From contig OZ241986.1 in the NCBI GenBank assembly GCA_965204375.1, positions 3,616,001 through 3,680,000 of the forward strand: a stretch of DNA of 64,000 nucleotides. Direction: 5' to 3'. The notes under the pieces were generated by a model, which was not told the DNA's origin, made no database searches, and saw nothing but the letters and a program-made list of their open reading frames with translations. This document shows positions 38,872-49,543 of the stretch, in pieces. Both the position numbers and the translations under genes were made by a program. The number at the start of each line of letters is the position of its first letter. The first letter of the stretch is position 1. Source of the DNA: Candidatus Latescibacterota bacterium (GTDB lineage Bacteria > Latescibacterota > UBA2968).

Positions 38872-39411
38872 ATGCCAGACGAAAGCAACAAACTCTACCT
38901 CTATGAAGCTCTGGAACTCAGGGCTGAATACGATGCCAGGATCAAAACCCTGAAAGATTGCCTGCCAGAAACCAGGCAAAATCGCAATCGATCATTTTTC
39001 AATCGCGATGAAGAGGGCCAATATCGCCCCAATTCCGGGTTCGACATCTCTGAAGTACGCGATCAGATCAAAGCGCTGGAATACAAACGGCGCAAGCTCA
39101 ACAGTGCCATTCAGCAGACCAATTTTCAGCATCAGATGGAACATGATGGCGACACCATCAACCTCAACGAGGCGCTGGAATTGCGAAAAGGCTTGAATGT
39201 ACAAATCGGCGAGCTACACACGCAAGTCGTGGACGCAGCATACCAGCGGGTAATCTACAAAGAAGACCGCGACATTGTAGAACCCAACGAATTGTCATAT
39301 CCCGACAGCGTCCAGGACCTTGAAAGTGTGCGATTGGCTTTTCGGGCGTTAAACAGAAAGTTGCGATCAGCATCTTTTGAAGCCATCGTAGCCTTTCAGG
39401 ACGAGCAGTAA
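38872..39411 (+). CDS. DIP1984-like coiled-coil protein
   Basis: Two L.EAL.LR repeats, KLNSAIQQTN and RALNRKLRSASF pattern of the DIP1984 family; RBS AAGGAG. Confidence 0.65.
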   Translation: MPDESNKLYLYEALELRAEYDARIKTLKDCLPETRQNRNRSFFNRDEEGQYRPNSGFDISEVRDQIKALEYKRRKLNSAIQQTNFQHQMEHDGDTINLNEALELRKGLNVQIGELHTQVVDAAYQRVIYKEDRDIVEPNELSYPDSVQDLESVRLAFRALNRKLRSASFEAIVAFQDEQ

Positions 39412-39416
39412 TCATC

Positions 39417-39617
39417 AATCCGAAAGGAGACAGGGGAGCAAGCGCGACTGCTTCGGTGACGGAGCATAGCCCAGACTGTGGCATCTGTAAAAGCCATCCT
39501 CTTGAGGGGTGACGCTCATAACGTCCGGCAAAGCACCAGACCATTGAGCATCAAACCTCAGAGCAAACAAAGACTCACAGCCAAAAAGCCTTCAGGCTCC
39601 GCATCTCTTTTCGGATT
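39417..39617 (+). ncRNA. candidate ~200-nt structured ncRNA
   Basis: Ends pair over 14 bp (AATCCGAAAGGAGA/TCTCTTTTCGGATT), continued by GGAGC/GCTCC, with internal CTGTG/CACAG and GACG/CGTC helices. Confidence 0.55.
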
Positions 39618-39625
39618 CCCACATC

Positions 39626-40492
39626 CTATCCAATCGCCGATCGTTTTGGCAGCGCGGCTCTAAACGCCGCCACACTCTCCCACTCGGAACCCAGTGCGTG
39701 CCGCGAGAATATCGGATCTGGATGCCGATACATCAAATGCGCAGTGCGTCGAATCCGCTGCGTCTGCCGGACAGTCCCGCAGTGATAATTGGCAATATTG
39801 AACATCACAGCAGACCCCGCAGGCGCGTGGACATCGACCCGACCAATCCGTCGGGGATTTGTGCGACCAAAGGAATCTGTCCACATCGGCTTATCCGGAT
39901 CCACATACGCCGTCTCACCATCGTCAATCCGCAAAACACCCTCGCCCCATCCGGTTTTCCCCTCCCGCGTCTTGGGCAATTGTCGCTTGGTCTCGGCACT
40001 CTCTGGAATAAGACTCGTACAGTGGGACTCGGCATCCACATCGTCCAGATAGTAAATCACCTGTATCGCCGGGGCAAAAAACTCATTCCTATCCGCACCC
40101 TCTACAATACCATTGTACTCCCGGTGCCACTGCCGTGAGAGACAAATCGGATCCCCCCCGTCAATATCCTCTGGCGGATCGGCGGCGCACGCCTCGCGCC
40201 GCAAAAAACTCAGACTGCTAAACTGAACACCCGCTCCGAGAATGCGGCGCACCAGTGGCGCAACCGACGGATGGTGAACCAGGCCATCCAGCGCCTCTGT
40301 CCTGTGCATCAGTTCCGGCGCCCTGCAGCCCACCGCTATATGACCCGGACGCGGTCCAGGCTCCCATTCCTTCGGGTGCGCGGCCACATCGGCATCAATC
40401 CCATCGTTAATCGCCGTCACCTCCTCCGGTGAAAGCGCCCCCTCCACCACGGCATACCCGTTCTTCGCAAAACATCTCAGCATCTCGTCCAT
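39626..40492 (-). CDS. PhyH family dioxygenase
   Basis: GYAVVEGALS, WHRE, IYYLDDVD, AGSAVMFN...HCG; start trimmed to MDEMLR. Confidence 0.82.
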   Translation of the reverse strand: MDEMLRCFAKNGYAVVEGALSPEEVTAINDGIDADVAAHPKEWEPGPRPGHIAVGCRAPELMHRTEALDGLVHHPSVAPLVRRILGAGVQFSSLSFLRREACAADPPEDIDGGDPICLSRQWHREYNGIVEGADRNEFFAPAIQVIYYLDDVDAESHCTSLIPESAETKRQLPKTREGKTGWGEGVLRIDDGETAYVDPDKPMWTDSFGRTNPRRIGRVDVHAPAGSAVMFNIANYHCGTVRQTQRIRRTAHLMYRHPDPIFSRHALGSEWESVAAFRAALPKRSAIG

Positions 40493-40520
40493 CGCATCGC
40501 TCCTTTGAAAAGACACCGCG

Positions 40521-41618
40521 TCAAACCGAATATCTCTCAAGAACATCTCGGTCAATCTCAATCCCCAGCCCGGGACCTTGGGGAACCGCGAGATACCCAT
40601 CCACGGGCAAAACAGGCTCTTTAGACAACGCTGTTCGAAGCCCATTCTCCGTCATATCGCATTCAAAAAAAGAAGGGACTGGATTCATAGAACCGGACGC
40701 ATCTGGCATCGACGCCTGCCAGTGCAGGGTAGCGACAAGACCAACAACTGCCCCCCACATATGCGGCATAACCGGGATATAATTGGCACTGGCCATTGCC
40801 ACAACCTTTCTCGCCTCTGTAAACCCGCCGACAATCGCAATATCCGGCTGCACAATATCCACCGCCCGTCGCTGAATAAACTCCCGAAATGCCCAGCGCC
40901 CCTGCAAACCTTCGCATCCCGCAATCCGCATCCCGAGCGCCCTTTTAATTTCCACATACCCGGCCACATCATCCCTCGAAATCGGTTCTTCATACCAGAA
41001 CAGATCGTACGCTTCCATCCTGCGCCCCACCGCAATCGCCGTACCCACATCATAGGCCAAATTTGCATCCACGCACAAAAGAATATCATCGCCAATCGCC
41101 TTCCGCACAGCAGCCACATTCCTCTCATCATAAGCCTTCCCAAGCCCAACCTTCATCTTCATCGCAGGAAAACCCTGATCCACATATCCTCTGGCTTCAT
41201 CCATCAATGCCTGTGTGTTATCCGGCCTGTCTTTCCTGAACAGCCCGCTGGCATAGCAGGGAATACGGTCTCGAAATGCGCCCCCCAGAAGGCGATAAAT
41301 CGGCACATCAAGCACCTTACCCATAATATCCCACAGCGCAATATCCACGCCGCTGGTCGCGCCCACATTCCTCAGATTCCCCGAATTGTTCAGCGCGTTC
41401 CAGATCACTTCATAATCGAACGGATCCTTCCCGATCACATGCCGCTGAATATCCGACTCACCCAGCGATCCCGCCCCCTGTCCCCATCCCGTAATACCCG
41501 CATCGGTAACAATCTCCAATAGGATAGATGACCGCTCCGTAATCCACGTAAAAGAATTTCCGAACTTCTCGGTCACAGGATAGCGCAAACGGTGATATTT
41601 AACATCCGTAATCTTCAT
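40521..41618 (-). CDS. mandelate racemase/muconate lactonizing enzyme family protein
   Basis: GVDIALWDIMGK, KMKVG, VDAN, WYEEP, QPD, PH, GPGLG. Confidence 0.93.
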   Translation of the reverse strand: MKITDVKYHRLRYPVTEKFGNSFTWITERSSILLEIVTDAGITGWGQGAGSLGESDIQRHVIGKDPFDYEVIWNALNNSGNLRNVGATSGVDIALWDIMGKVLDVPIYRLLGGAFRDRIPCYASGLFRKDRPDNTQALMDEARGYVDQGFPAMKMKVGLGKAYDERNVAAVRKAIGDDILLCVDANLAYDVGTAIAVGRRMEAYDLFWYEEPISRDDVAGYVEIKRALGMRIAGCEGLQGRWAFREFIQRRAVDIVQPDIAIVGGFTEARKVVAMASANYIPVMPHMWGAVVGLVATLHWQASMPDASGSMNPVPSFFECDMTENGLRTALSKEPVLPVDGYLAVPQGPGLGIEIDRDVLERYSV

Positions 41619-41839
41619 AATTTCTCCCAACGACAATACATCCCAAAAATCTACGTCTGTCCAACATATAAACCTACCCGAAAATACAACCCCATTTTAC
41701 CAAAGTCAACCAGCACTGAACTTTAGAATATCATATTTCCCATCTGGACTTGCTATTCATTCTAACCTTGCCCATATTTGAATAGACAAACTGATCCAGA
41801 AATTTCTGTTGTTCAACCTCTTTACACAGGATTAGTAAA

Positions 41840-42139
41840 ATGGCTTCTTGGCAAATTAAGCAACTCGAAAAAATGAGCGAAACGGATCCCAATTTGATAG
41901 ATGATGTACTCCATCATCTACACCAATCAAACCCTGTACGCCTTGAAAAACTTGTAATAGGTGCTTATCTCGATCATGATATTAACCTCGGCAAAGCAGC
42001 AGAACTTCTCGGTCTGCATCGAGAAGAACTGAGACAACGCTTTCTCAAACAGGGCATTCCACTGAGAGAAGGGAGCCAATCCGTTGATGAATTAAAAGCT
42101 GAAATCGCTGCTGCTGATCAAATGGGGCGTTCGAAGTGA
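41840..42139 (+). CDS. UPF0175 family antitoxin
   Basis: INLGKAAELLGLHREE..RF..GIPL. Confidence 0.8.
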   Translation: MASWQIKQLEKMSETDPNLIDDVLHHLHQSNPVRLEKLVIGAYLDHDINLGKAAELLGLHREELRQRFLKQGIPLREGSQSVDELKAEIAAADQMGRSK

Positions 42140-42609
42140 TCATTATTGACAATACCGTATTGTCTAATTTTGCACGTACAAACCACCTTCAACTATTAGA
42201 ATTATTCTGTCGCAGTCGTGGATTGATCGTTCAGTCAGTCAGAGAAGAGTTTCAACGGGGTATCAATAGAGGCTTATTTTTTGAAACAGACTTATCTTGG
42301 ATGAATCAAATCGATATCACAGATCCCAAAGAAATCTATCTTTCACAACGTTATAGATTGGAGTTGGGCAACGGTGAATCTGACTGCCTGGCTATCGCCG
42401 TATGCCGCAACCATGAACTGCTCACTGATGATCGCAGAGCTCGTCAGATCGGATTTCGAGAACAAATACGTGTTTCGGGAAGTGTTGGTGTTCTTGGTTC
42501 GCTTATCAGACGATCCACAATCTCGTTGCTTGAAGGAAATCAAGTGTTGAAAGAATTTATTAAGGCGGGATATTTCTCGCCCGTTGAAGAACTTGATGAT
42601 TTGATTTGA
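42136..42609 (+). CDS. DUF3368 family PIN-domain protein
   Basis: IIDNTVLSNF, LGNGES, LLTDDRRAR, GSVGVL. Confidence 0.85.
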   Translation: MIIIDNTVLSNFARTNHLQLLELFCRSRGLIVQSVREEFQRGINRGLFFETDLSWMNQIDITDPKEIYLSQRYRLELGNGESDCLAIAVCRNHELLTDDRRARQIGFREQIRVSGSVGVLGSLIRRSTISLLEGNQVLKEFIKAGYFSPVEELDDLI

Positions 42610-42669
42610 CGAATAAAATTACAGATATACCAATTATCCGACAAAAGATCCATTAGTTTTATCTGGATT

Positions 42670-43341
42670 ATGGAGCATCTATTAATTTCCGGAATGAAAA
42701 TGATAGCCACGATATTTGACATTGATGGAACTCTGGTCGAGAGTTTTGGTTTTGATAGCGCCAGCTACATCTCTGCAATAAGAGAGGTCCTGGGCGGAGT
42801 TTACATCGACGATGATTGGAGCAAATACAAAAACGTAACGGATTCAGGTATGTTGCGACAAATAATGGAAGAGAATAAAATTCAAGAAGATGGACAAATT
42901 GAGGAAATCCGCAAAAAATTCGGTGAATTAATTGAGCAGTATCTTGAAAATGGTGGCGAATGCCGCCCAACGAAAGGGGCGATCTCCCTGATTGACAAAC
43001 TTCTATCTGATCAACACTATAAAATTGGAATTGCCACAGGTGGTTGGAAACATACCGCCAAGATGAAACTCAGGCATGCGGGATTTGACTTGAGAAATAC
43101 GGTTCTATTTTCCAGCGATGATAGCGACGAGCGTGTGGAAATCATGAAGAAATGTCTATCTGCATTGGGAAATGGCTTCCATCGCGTCGTATATGTCGGT
43201 GATGCTGTGTGGGATATCCAGGCGACCAAAAGACTGGGATGGCATTTCATAGGCGTAGGACCACGCTTAAAGGGGAAATGTGAGTGCTGGATTGAAGACT
43301 TTTCAAACTATGACACATTCATGAGAATGCTACACGCTTAA
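42670..43341 (+). CDS. HAD family hydrolase
   Basis: FDIDGTLV, IATGG, YVGDAVWD. Confidence 0.9.
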   Translation: MEHLLISGMKMIATIFDIDGTLVESFGFDSASYISAIREVLGGVYIDDDWSKYKNVTDSGMLRQIMEENKIQEDGQIEEIRKKFGELIEQYLENGGECRPTKGAISLIDKLLSDQHYKIGIATGGWKHTAKMKLRHAGFDLRNTVLFSSDDSDERVEIMKKCLSALGNGFHRVVYVGDAVWDIQATKRLGWHFIGVGPRLKGKCECWIEDFSNYDTFMRMLHA

Positions 43342-43348
43342 AAACGAG

Positions 43349-44104
43349 ATGACGCTTAAAGAGCTAAAACAAATCGCAGCGTCTATTGGTAAAATTCAAG
43401 GGTGGGATTTCTCCGCCGTAAGAGATGGGCGGGATCCTGTTCCATGGGATTATATGACTCTGGTTCGCAACTACCTCACCTCATCATCTCGCGTCCTTGA
43501 CATAGGGACGGGTGGTGGCGAAAAGTTTCTCACTCTATCACCGACCTTCGGCAGGGGCATTGGTACCGACATCAGCGACGAAATGATTCAAACAGCTCAT
43601 GAAAATCAATCTAAAATGCAGATAAACAACGTCTCATTCAATGTCATGAGTGCTGATGCTCTGCAATTGCCTGACTCGGATTTCGATATTGTTTTGAATC
43701 GACATTCTGTTGTCAATGTAGATGAGATTTTGCGTGTGCTACGCACGGGAGGGTATTTTATCACGCAGGGCGTGGGACATCGCAATACGTCCAATATCCT
43801 GGCAGCATTCGATTGGACAAGCAACAGTTTTGGCAAGAATTGGTGGTCGTCTGCTAAAGAACTCGCCAAAACTTTCCAGCAACGCGGCAATCGCATCATC
43901 GCGCTCATGGAATATGACGTCGCGTATTGGTTCTGTGATGTTGAATCACTTCTCTTGTGGCTACACACGGTCCCGTTGCCCGAAAAATTTGAAATCGAAA
44001 AACACTGGCAATGCGTTAACCAGATTCTTGAAAATTACACCACTCAGCGAGGCATTGAAACCAACGAACACCGCGAGTTGCTTATTGTGCAAAAGAGCGC
44101 TTAA
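43349..44104 (+). CDS. class I SAM-dependent methyltransferase
   Basis: VLDIGTGGGE, FDIVLNRH, RVLRTGGYF. Confidence 0.9.
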   Translation: MTLKELKQIAASIGKIQGWDFSAVRDGRDPVPWDYMTLVRNYLTSSSRVLDIGTGGGEKFLTLSPTFGRGIGTDISDEMIQTAHENQSKMQINNVSFNVMSADALQLPDSDFDIVLNRHSVVNVDEILRVLRTGGYFITQGVGHRNTSNILAAFDWTSNSFGKNWWSSAKELAKTFQQRGNRIIALMEYDVAYWFCDVESLLLWLHTVPLPEKFEIEKHWQCVNQILENYTTQRGIETNEHRELLIVQKSA

Positions 44105-44125
44105 CAGCTTCCAGAGGAGAACCCA

Positions 44126-45208
44126 ATGGCTGAACCCAAAGGTAAAGCTTTTCAGACCGTGCGAGATACCGCGCCCCAAAATACCTATCGAGGTGCTGTT
44201 GTAGGATGCGGCAGAATGGGCAGCACCATTGACGACGAACACATCGGTATGCCCCATTACCCATGGCCCTGGGCGCATGCGCCTGCAATGATTGAAGCCC
44301 GGGGAATTGATCTCGTTGCCGCCGCTGATGATGACCCCGCCAAACTCGAGGACTTCAAACAGCGCTGGAACGTATCAGCCCTCTACACCGATTACCGGGA
44401 AATGGTCGAAAAAGAACAGATCGACGTAGTTTGTCTAACCACCCGACCCGAACCCCGTGCTGAAATCACAATCGGTCTGGCCGAACTGGGAGTCAAAGCC
44501 ATCTTCGCCACCAAACCAATGTGCCGCACATTGGCCGAAGCCGATGCCATGATCGACGCCTGCGCCAAAAACAACGTCATCCTCTCAATGGCCTGTCATC
44601 TCAACTGGTATAGCTACTACACAAACGCCCGCCAGCTCATTGCCGACGGCATCATTGGACCCTTAAAAACAATGATCTGCCACAGCCCCTCCAGCCTTTC
44701 CAATATACAAAGCCACACCCTGACTCTGCTCCGCCTCTTTGCCGGTGCGCCAGCCCAATGGGTAGTCGGTCTCATCGACACAGACAAACAGGCACGGTCC
44801 AACGCCGACATCCCCGGCTCGGGAATCATCGTCTATGAAAACGGCATCCGCACTATCTTAAACTCCCGCTCCGAAACCATGCCTTTTGCCTGGTCCCTGG
44901 AATTCATCGGCGAAACCGGCCGCATCATCTCCCGCAACGCCCATGCCCAGTTCGAGCTATGGACCCCGCACCCCGAAACCGACGCGCCCACCCAGACACA
45001 CCTCCCGGGACCATGGCATCCCAGAAGCTCAATGGTTGACGCCATCGAAGGCGTCTGTCGCTCTATTGAACAGGGCCGCGAAGACATCTGCCCCGGCGAG
45101 TTTGGCCGCGAAGCCCTTGAAATCGGCATTGCCATAAGAGAATCGCATCGCCGCGGCAACATCCGCATAGACCTGCCCCTTGAAGACCGCAACTTGAGGA
45201 TGGGGTAA
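44126..45208 (+). CDS. Gfo/Idh/MocA oxidoreductase
   Basis: GCGRMG, YTDYREM, TKPM. Confidence 0.9.
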   Translation: MAEPKGKAFQTVRDTAPQNTYRGAVVGCGRMGSTIDDEHIGMPHYPWPWAHAPAMIEARGIDLVAAADDDPAKLEDFKQRWNVSALYTDYREMVEKEQIDVVCLTTRPEPRAEITIGLAELGVKAIFATKPMCRTLAEADAMIDACAKNNVILSMACHLNWYSYYTNARQLIADGIIGPLKTMICHSPSSLSNIQSHTLTLLRLFAGAPAQWVVGLIDTDKQARSNADIPGSGIIVYENGIRTILNSRSETMPFAWSLEFIGETGRIISRNAHAQFELWTPHPETDAPTQTHLPGPWHPRSSMVDAIEGVCRSIEQGREDICPGEFGREALEIGIAIRESHRRGNIRIDLPLEDRNLRMG

Positions 45209-45229
45209 TCGGCCTGATGAGGAAAAATC

Positions 45230-45616
45230 ATGATCGTCGTATATGGTATCAAAGAAAAACTGAATCCCATCAAAGCAAAATTATCCGATGTGATTCACGG
45301 GTGTATGCAATCCGTCCTCGGTATGCCAGAGGACAAGCGAGCGCACCGCTTTGTACCCATGGCCAAAGAGGATTTTTACTATCCCGGCGGTCGCACGGAC
45401 GCATACACCGTCATAGAAATCAACATGATGGCTGGTCGCCAGGTGGAAACCCAAAAAAGCTTGATCAAAACGCTATTCAAAGAAATCGAAAGCCAATTAT
45501 CTATTCCCCCCATGGACATCGAAATCACCATAAAAGAACAAGCACCGCATTGCTGGGGATTTCGGGGCATAACGGGGGATGAAGCCAACGACCTCAAATA
45601 CAAAGTCAACGTGTAA
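45230..45616 (+). CDS. tautomerase family protein
   Basis: PEDKRAHRF, GRTDAYTVIEI, GRQVETQK, WGFRG. Confidence 0.85.
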   Translation: MIVVYGIKEKLNPIKAKLSDVIHGCMQSVLGMPEDKRAHRFVPMAKEDFYYPGGRTDAYTVIEINMMAGRQVETQKSLIKTLFKEIESQLSIPPMDIEITIKEQAPHCWGFRGITGDEANDLKYKVNV

Positions 45617-45635
45617 CAACGACCAGGGAGCCTCA

Positions 45636-46754
45636 ATGAATACCATACTGGAAACAGTCGAAACAACCCAAACATCCCCCGAAGGATTCTTCACCCTCGG
45701 AAAACTCGGCGAACGCTGGATTCTGCTCACACCAGAGCGACAGCCCTTCTTCTCAGTCGGACTGAATCACATCGACTCCTCCCCACTGCTATATCCAGAG
45801 AACCTGTCCCGCTGGCAACAAAAATACGACAACAACAGCATCAAATGGATCTGTGAATCCGTATCTCCCGACCTGAAAGCATGGGGATTCAACACCGTCG
45901 GCTGGGTACAGGACGTGACCATCTTAAAATACGCGCACAGCCCGAGCTTCACCCTGGAAGAATATCGCGCGCTATCCATGCCCTACTGCCACCTGTTGCC
46001 CTTCATCGAAACACATCAATGGAACCCATGGCACAAAAATCCCGACATCTTCAGCAAAGACTTCGAGGACTGGTGCGATTATGTTGCCAGATCCGAATGC
46101 GCCCGACTGCGGGATGAACCGAACTTAATCGGCTATTTTTACTCGGACTGTCCAACCTGGGTTCACGTCCGCCCCCCCCACACGGCATGGCGCGGCCCCA
46201 TGTTTGATCCCACGCGACTGGAATCGCAAGCGGGCCGGACGGAACTCTTCAATCTGGCACAGCGATACTACAAAGTCACCCACGACGCCATTCGCCGTTA
46301 TGATCCCCATCACTTAATCCTCGGAGACCGATACGAAGCACTCGCACCACTCCCAATGGAAATTGTACAGGCTGCCGAACCGTACGTTGATGTACTCAGC
46401 TTTCAGGACTTCGGAGACCCGGTCACACACATGCACGAATGGCACGCAGCCACGGGAAAACCGGTTCTATGGGCAGATGGCTCTCGCCCACGTGAAATCA
46501 TCACAGACGACAGCGGAAAATATCTGGATGGGGAATATCATCTCGTGGATGGGGAATGGTATGCCGAAGCCCTGTACGGCCTTCTGGAAAACCCCGGCGC
46601 AATAGGCGCGCATCTTTGCGGCGGTTATCTCCGAAACCGCTTCCGGCGAAAAGGTCTGATCGATGAACGAGAACAACCCGACCACGAAGCCATATCTGAA
46701 ATAAAAAAAGGCAGTCAAGTTGTATCACAATGGCTCGATGATTTGGAATCCTGA
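45636..46754 (+). CDS. agarase-like glycoside hydrolase
   Basis: RWILLTPE..PFFSVG, WGFNT.G.W, LIGYF, IRRYDPHHLILGDRY. Confidence 0.65.
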   Translation: MNTILETVETTQTSPEGFFTLGKLGERWILLTPERQPFFSVGLNHIDSSPLLYPENLSRWQQKYDNNSIKWICESVSPDLKAWGFNTVGWVQDVTILKYAHSPSFTLEEYRALSMPYCHLLPFIETHQWNPWHKNPDIFSKDFEDWCDYVARSECARLRDEPNLIGYFYSDCPTWVHVRPPHTAWRGPMFDPTRLESQAGRTELFNLAQRYYKVTHDAIRRYDPHHLILGDRYEALAPLPMEIVQAAEPYVDVLSFQDFGDPVTHMHEWHAATGKPVLWADGSRPREIITDDSGKYLDGEYHLVDGEWYAEALYGLLENPGAIGAHLCGGYLRNRFRRKGLIDEREQPDHEAISEIKKGSQVVSQWLDDLES

Positions 46755-46778
46755 ACAGATCCCGCAAGCTGAGAGACC

Positions 46779-47597
46779 ATGCCATTAGACCTCGTGACAC
46801 CGGCTATGACGGATGAAGCACCTGGCCCGGGTAAGCGTGTGCGTCAAACCGCGCCGGAGTATAGAGGGACCGATGTACACCACGCGCTATACCTTCCCAT
46901 AGACTGGCAACCCGGGCGCAAACACCCCGTCATCGTCGAATACACCGGCAACAAATGGGAACCGTGCAAATCAACGGGTAAGGTAGAAGATGCGAACCTG
47001 GGCTATGGGATAAGTGAGGGGCGTGGATTTATCTGGATATCCATGCCATATATAGAAAAAGGAAAAAAAGAAAACGCCGTCACATGGTGGGGCGATAAAC
47101 AAGCAACTATAAACTACTGCAAAACCAATCTCCCACGGATCTGTGAAAAATTTGGAGGCGACCCGCACAACATATTCATCTGCGGCTTCTCGCGCGGAGC
47201 CATCGGCACCAGCTACATCGGCCTTGCAGATGATGAAATTGCAGCCTTTTGGAAAGGCATCTTCACCCACGATCATTTTGACGGCGAAAGAGAATGGGAT
47301 TACCCAGAAAGTAATCGCGCATCCGCCCTCACCCGTCTCGCACGGATAAAAGGCAGGCCCGTACTCATCTGCGGTCTGAACGCCACGCGCGTAAGAGACC
47401 AATTTCTCAAAGCGCACCTCAAGTTGGCGCGCTTCACATTTTTGAACGTGCCAACCGACCAGATATTCAACATACCCGAAGGCAATATCGTCCACCCGCA
47501 TACGGATCTGTGGATGCATAGAGAAAGTGTGTATCGCAAGCACGCCAGAGCCTGGCTTGAAAGTGTCCTAAAAGAAACGCGCTACGCCCAGGGATGA
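46779..47597 (+). CDS. alpha/beta hydrolase-fold protein
   Basis: LYLP.DW, PVIVE, GFSRG nucleophile elbow. Confidence 0.65.
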   Translation: MPLDLVTPAMTDEAPGPGKRVRQTAPEYRGTDVHHALYLPIDWQPGRKHPVIVEYTGNKWEPCKSTGKVEDANLGYGISEGRGFIWISMPYIEKGKKENAVTWWGDKQATINYCKTNLPRICEKFGGDPHNIFICGFSRGAIGTSYIGLADDEIAAFWKGIFTHDHFDGEREWDYPESNRASALTRLARIKGRPVLICGLNATRVRDQFLKAHLKLARFTFLNVPTDQIFNIPEGNIVHPHTDLWMHRESVYRKHARAWLESVLKETRYAQG

Positions 47598-48592
47598 AGC
47601 ACGATCTTTGCGGCCTCACCAGCAGCGAGAAGACCAAAAGCCTCCTGAATTTTGCTCATCGGCATAACGTGGCTGATCAGCTTATCGATAAGAGGCGACT
47701 CGGCAATCACCTGCATTACGCCCTCGTAATCCTGCATATTGTACAGCCAATTTCCCGACACCAGCAACCCTTTGCGAATCAAATCCGGGCTCACCTTAAT
47801 CGGCAAATCCTGGGAACACTCGCCGACAAACGCCACCCGTCCGCGCCGCCGCACCGCATCAATACACAACCGCTCGCCCGACACCGAACCAGAGCAATCC
47901 ACCGCGCAATCAACCCCGCGACCATCTGTCAAATCTCGAATACGCGCAAGCGGATCATCCTGAGGATGCAGCACCACTTCTGCGCCCAACTCGAGACCGA
48001 GCGCAGCGCGCCACGGCGCAGGCTCCACCGCCAGCACCCGCGCCCCGCGGAACCGGCCATTAATGATTCCACCAAGTCCCACCGGCCCCAGCCCTGTAAT
48101 CAGCACCGTATCAAAAGCACCCACGCCAATCGCTTGCATGCCCCCGAAAGAAGCACCGATACCGTCAATCGCCATTGTCGCCTGCTCGTACGTAACCCGT
48201 TCGGGAATCGGCAACAAAAGCCATGAGGGCTTGACCACATAATGGGCAAACGTACCACTGCCCTCGCGGGTACCCGTGAACTCGGCAAAATCGTACGTAT
48301 CCTCACAATAGACATAATCGCCAGCACGGCACAGAGCGCAATTGCCACACGGATACTGCGGCATCACCGTAACCCGGTCACCCACCTTCACCCGCCCCGG
48401 CTGCGCCACCGCCACCACCTCGCCCGCCCCCTCGTGCCCGATCACCTCGCGCCGATCCCCCGCCATCCACGCCTTATATTCAGTACACATCGCCGAAGCA
48501 TGCACCTTCACCACCGCCCAATCTTCTTTCGGCTCTGGCACTGGTGCTGGCACCACATCTGACTGCTCCTTTCCAATGATTCTTGCTTTCAT
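47582..48592 (-). CDS. zinc-binding alcohol dehydrogenase family protein
   Basis: GHEGAG, CGNCALC...C, GLGPVG. Confidence 0.92.
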   Translation of the reverse strand: MKARIIGKEQSDVVPAPVPEPKEDWAVVKVHASAMCTEYKAWMAGDRREVIGHEGAGEVVAVAQPGRVKVGDRVTVMPQYPCGNCALCRAGDYVYCEDTYDFAEFTGTREGSGTFAHYVVKPSWLLLPIPERVTYEQATMAIDGIGASFGGMQAIGVGAFDTVLITGLGPVGLGGIINGRFRGARVLAVEPAPWRAALGLELGAEVVLHPQDDPLARIRDLTDGRGVDCAVDCSGSVSGERLCIDAVRRRGRVAFVGECSQDLPIKVSPDLIRKGLLVSGNWLYNMQDYEGVMQVIAESPLIDKLISHVMPMSKIQEAFGLLAAGEAAKIVLHPWA

Positions 48593-48628
48593 ATTGCTAC
48601 CCTTGACTTTGTATGTTGGGCAATCGCG

Positions 48629-49543
48629 TTACGCCATTGCATCTAACATGCGTTCAAATTCATCGAGATTGGACACCTGTATCGCCGCACGAAGCAACTG
48701 CTTCAGGCGTTGCAAATCGTCAATAGTGGCAATGCGGTCAGATAGAGAGTCTGCTTCGTGCAGATCAAATCGAATCTCCAATACTTCGAGGATATCTTCA
48801 AGCGTACTTTTTCTTTGGCCCTGCTCAATGCCTTGCTCAAAACCTTCCTCTCTACCTTCTTGCTTAAAGTATTGAATAAGGGATGATTCGCGGATCAGAT
48901 CCATGAGACCCTCCTTGATAATGATTTCAGAAACAGTTTCAGGCGCGTAAACCAACTCGCTCAAAACCGCCATGCCTGCCAGATAATTGGACTTGCGCGT
49001 CCGTTCTATGCGGCGCGTCTGAGCGGTGTGAATACACTGACGTAACCACGCATCAGATGCCATCCCTTCAGGCGGCTTCATCAACGGCGTGAAGGGAATC
49101 AGGCCAGAATGCCCCGCTTCGAGGATGCGTTGACCTTCGATCTCAATCAGCCTGATCACATTGTATTGAATCACCACGCGATAGCCGCGTAAGGCTTGCT
49201 CGTAGAATCCTGGATCGATCTTTCCCGCATTGGGACGCAGGTAGATGACGTTGGAATAAATCGGCAACCCGTGATGCTCAATGGCCCGTCCGATATAGCC
49301 AGCCATGCGACGCGGCATAGGCGGAGTGGTGCTGTCCGTGGTTTGAAATTCAGTGTGTATGAGTGCTTCTTCATCGCCGATTCGCACGCGGATGAAGCTA
49401 TCGGCCTGTCGTGCTTCAACGGTGTGTTGCTCCGTGTTGATGGTTTCAATGACCTCGATATCGTCTCGTGCAAGGGCGAAGCTGGCGAAGTGGTCGGGAT
49501 AGTGTTGAATCAGGTATTTGGAGATGGTGTCAATGTCTGCCAA
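48629..49543 (-). CDS. Rpn/YhgA-like PD-(D/E)xK putative transposase-family protein
   Basis: QADS, HTEFQT, MPRRMAGY, VIYL, EGREEGFEQGIEQG repeats; probable TTG start. Confidence 0.7.
   Translation of the reverse strand: MADIDTISKYLIQHYPDHFASFALARDDIEVIETINTEQHTVEARQADSFIRVRIGDEEALIHTEFQTTDSTTPPMPRRMAGYIGRAIEHHGLPIYSNVIYLRPNAGKIDPGFYEQALRGYRVVIQYNVIRLIEIEGQRILEAGHSGLIPFTPLMKPPEGMASDAWLRQCIHTAQTRRIERTRKSNYLAGMAVLSELVYAPETVSEIIIKEGLMDLIRESSLIQYFKQEGREEGFEQGIEQGQRKSTLEDILEVLEIRFDLHEADSLSDRIATIDDLQRLKQLLRAAIQVSNLDEFERMLDAMA

Noticed and set aside
40578-41522. 314-aa plus-strand ORF
   Set aside because: Antisense shadow of the enolase-superfamily gene.
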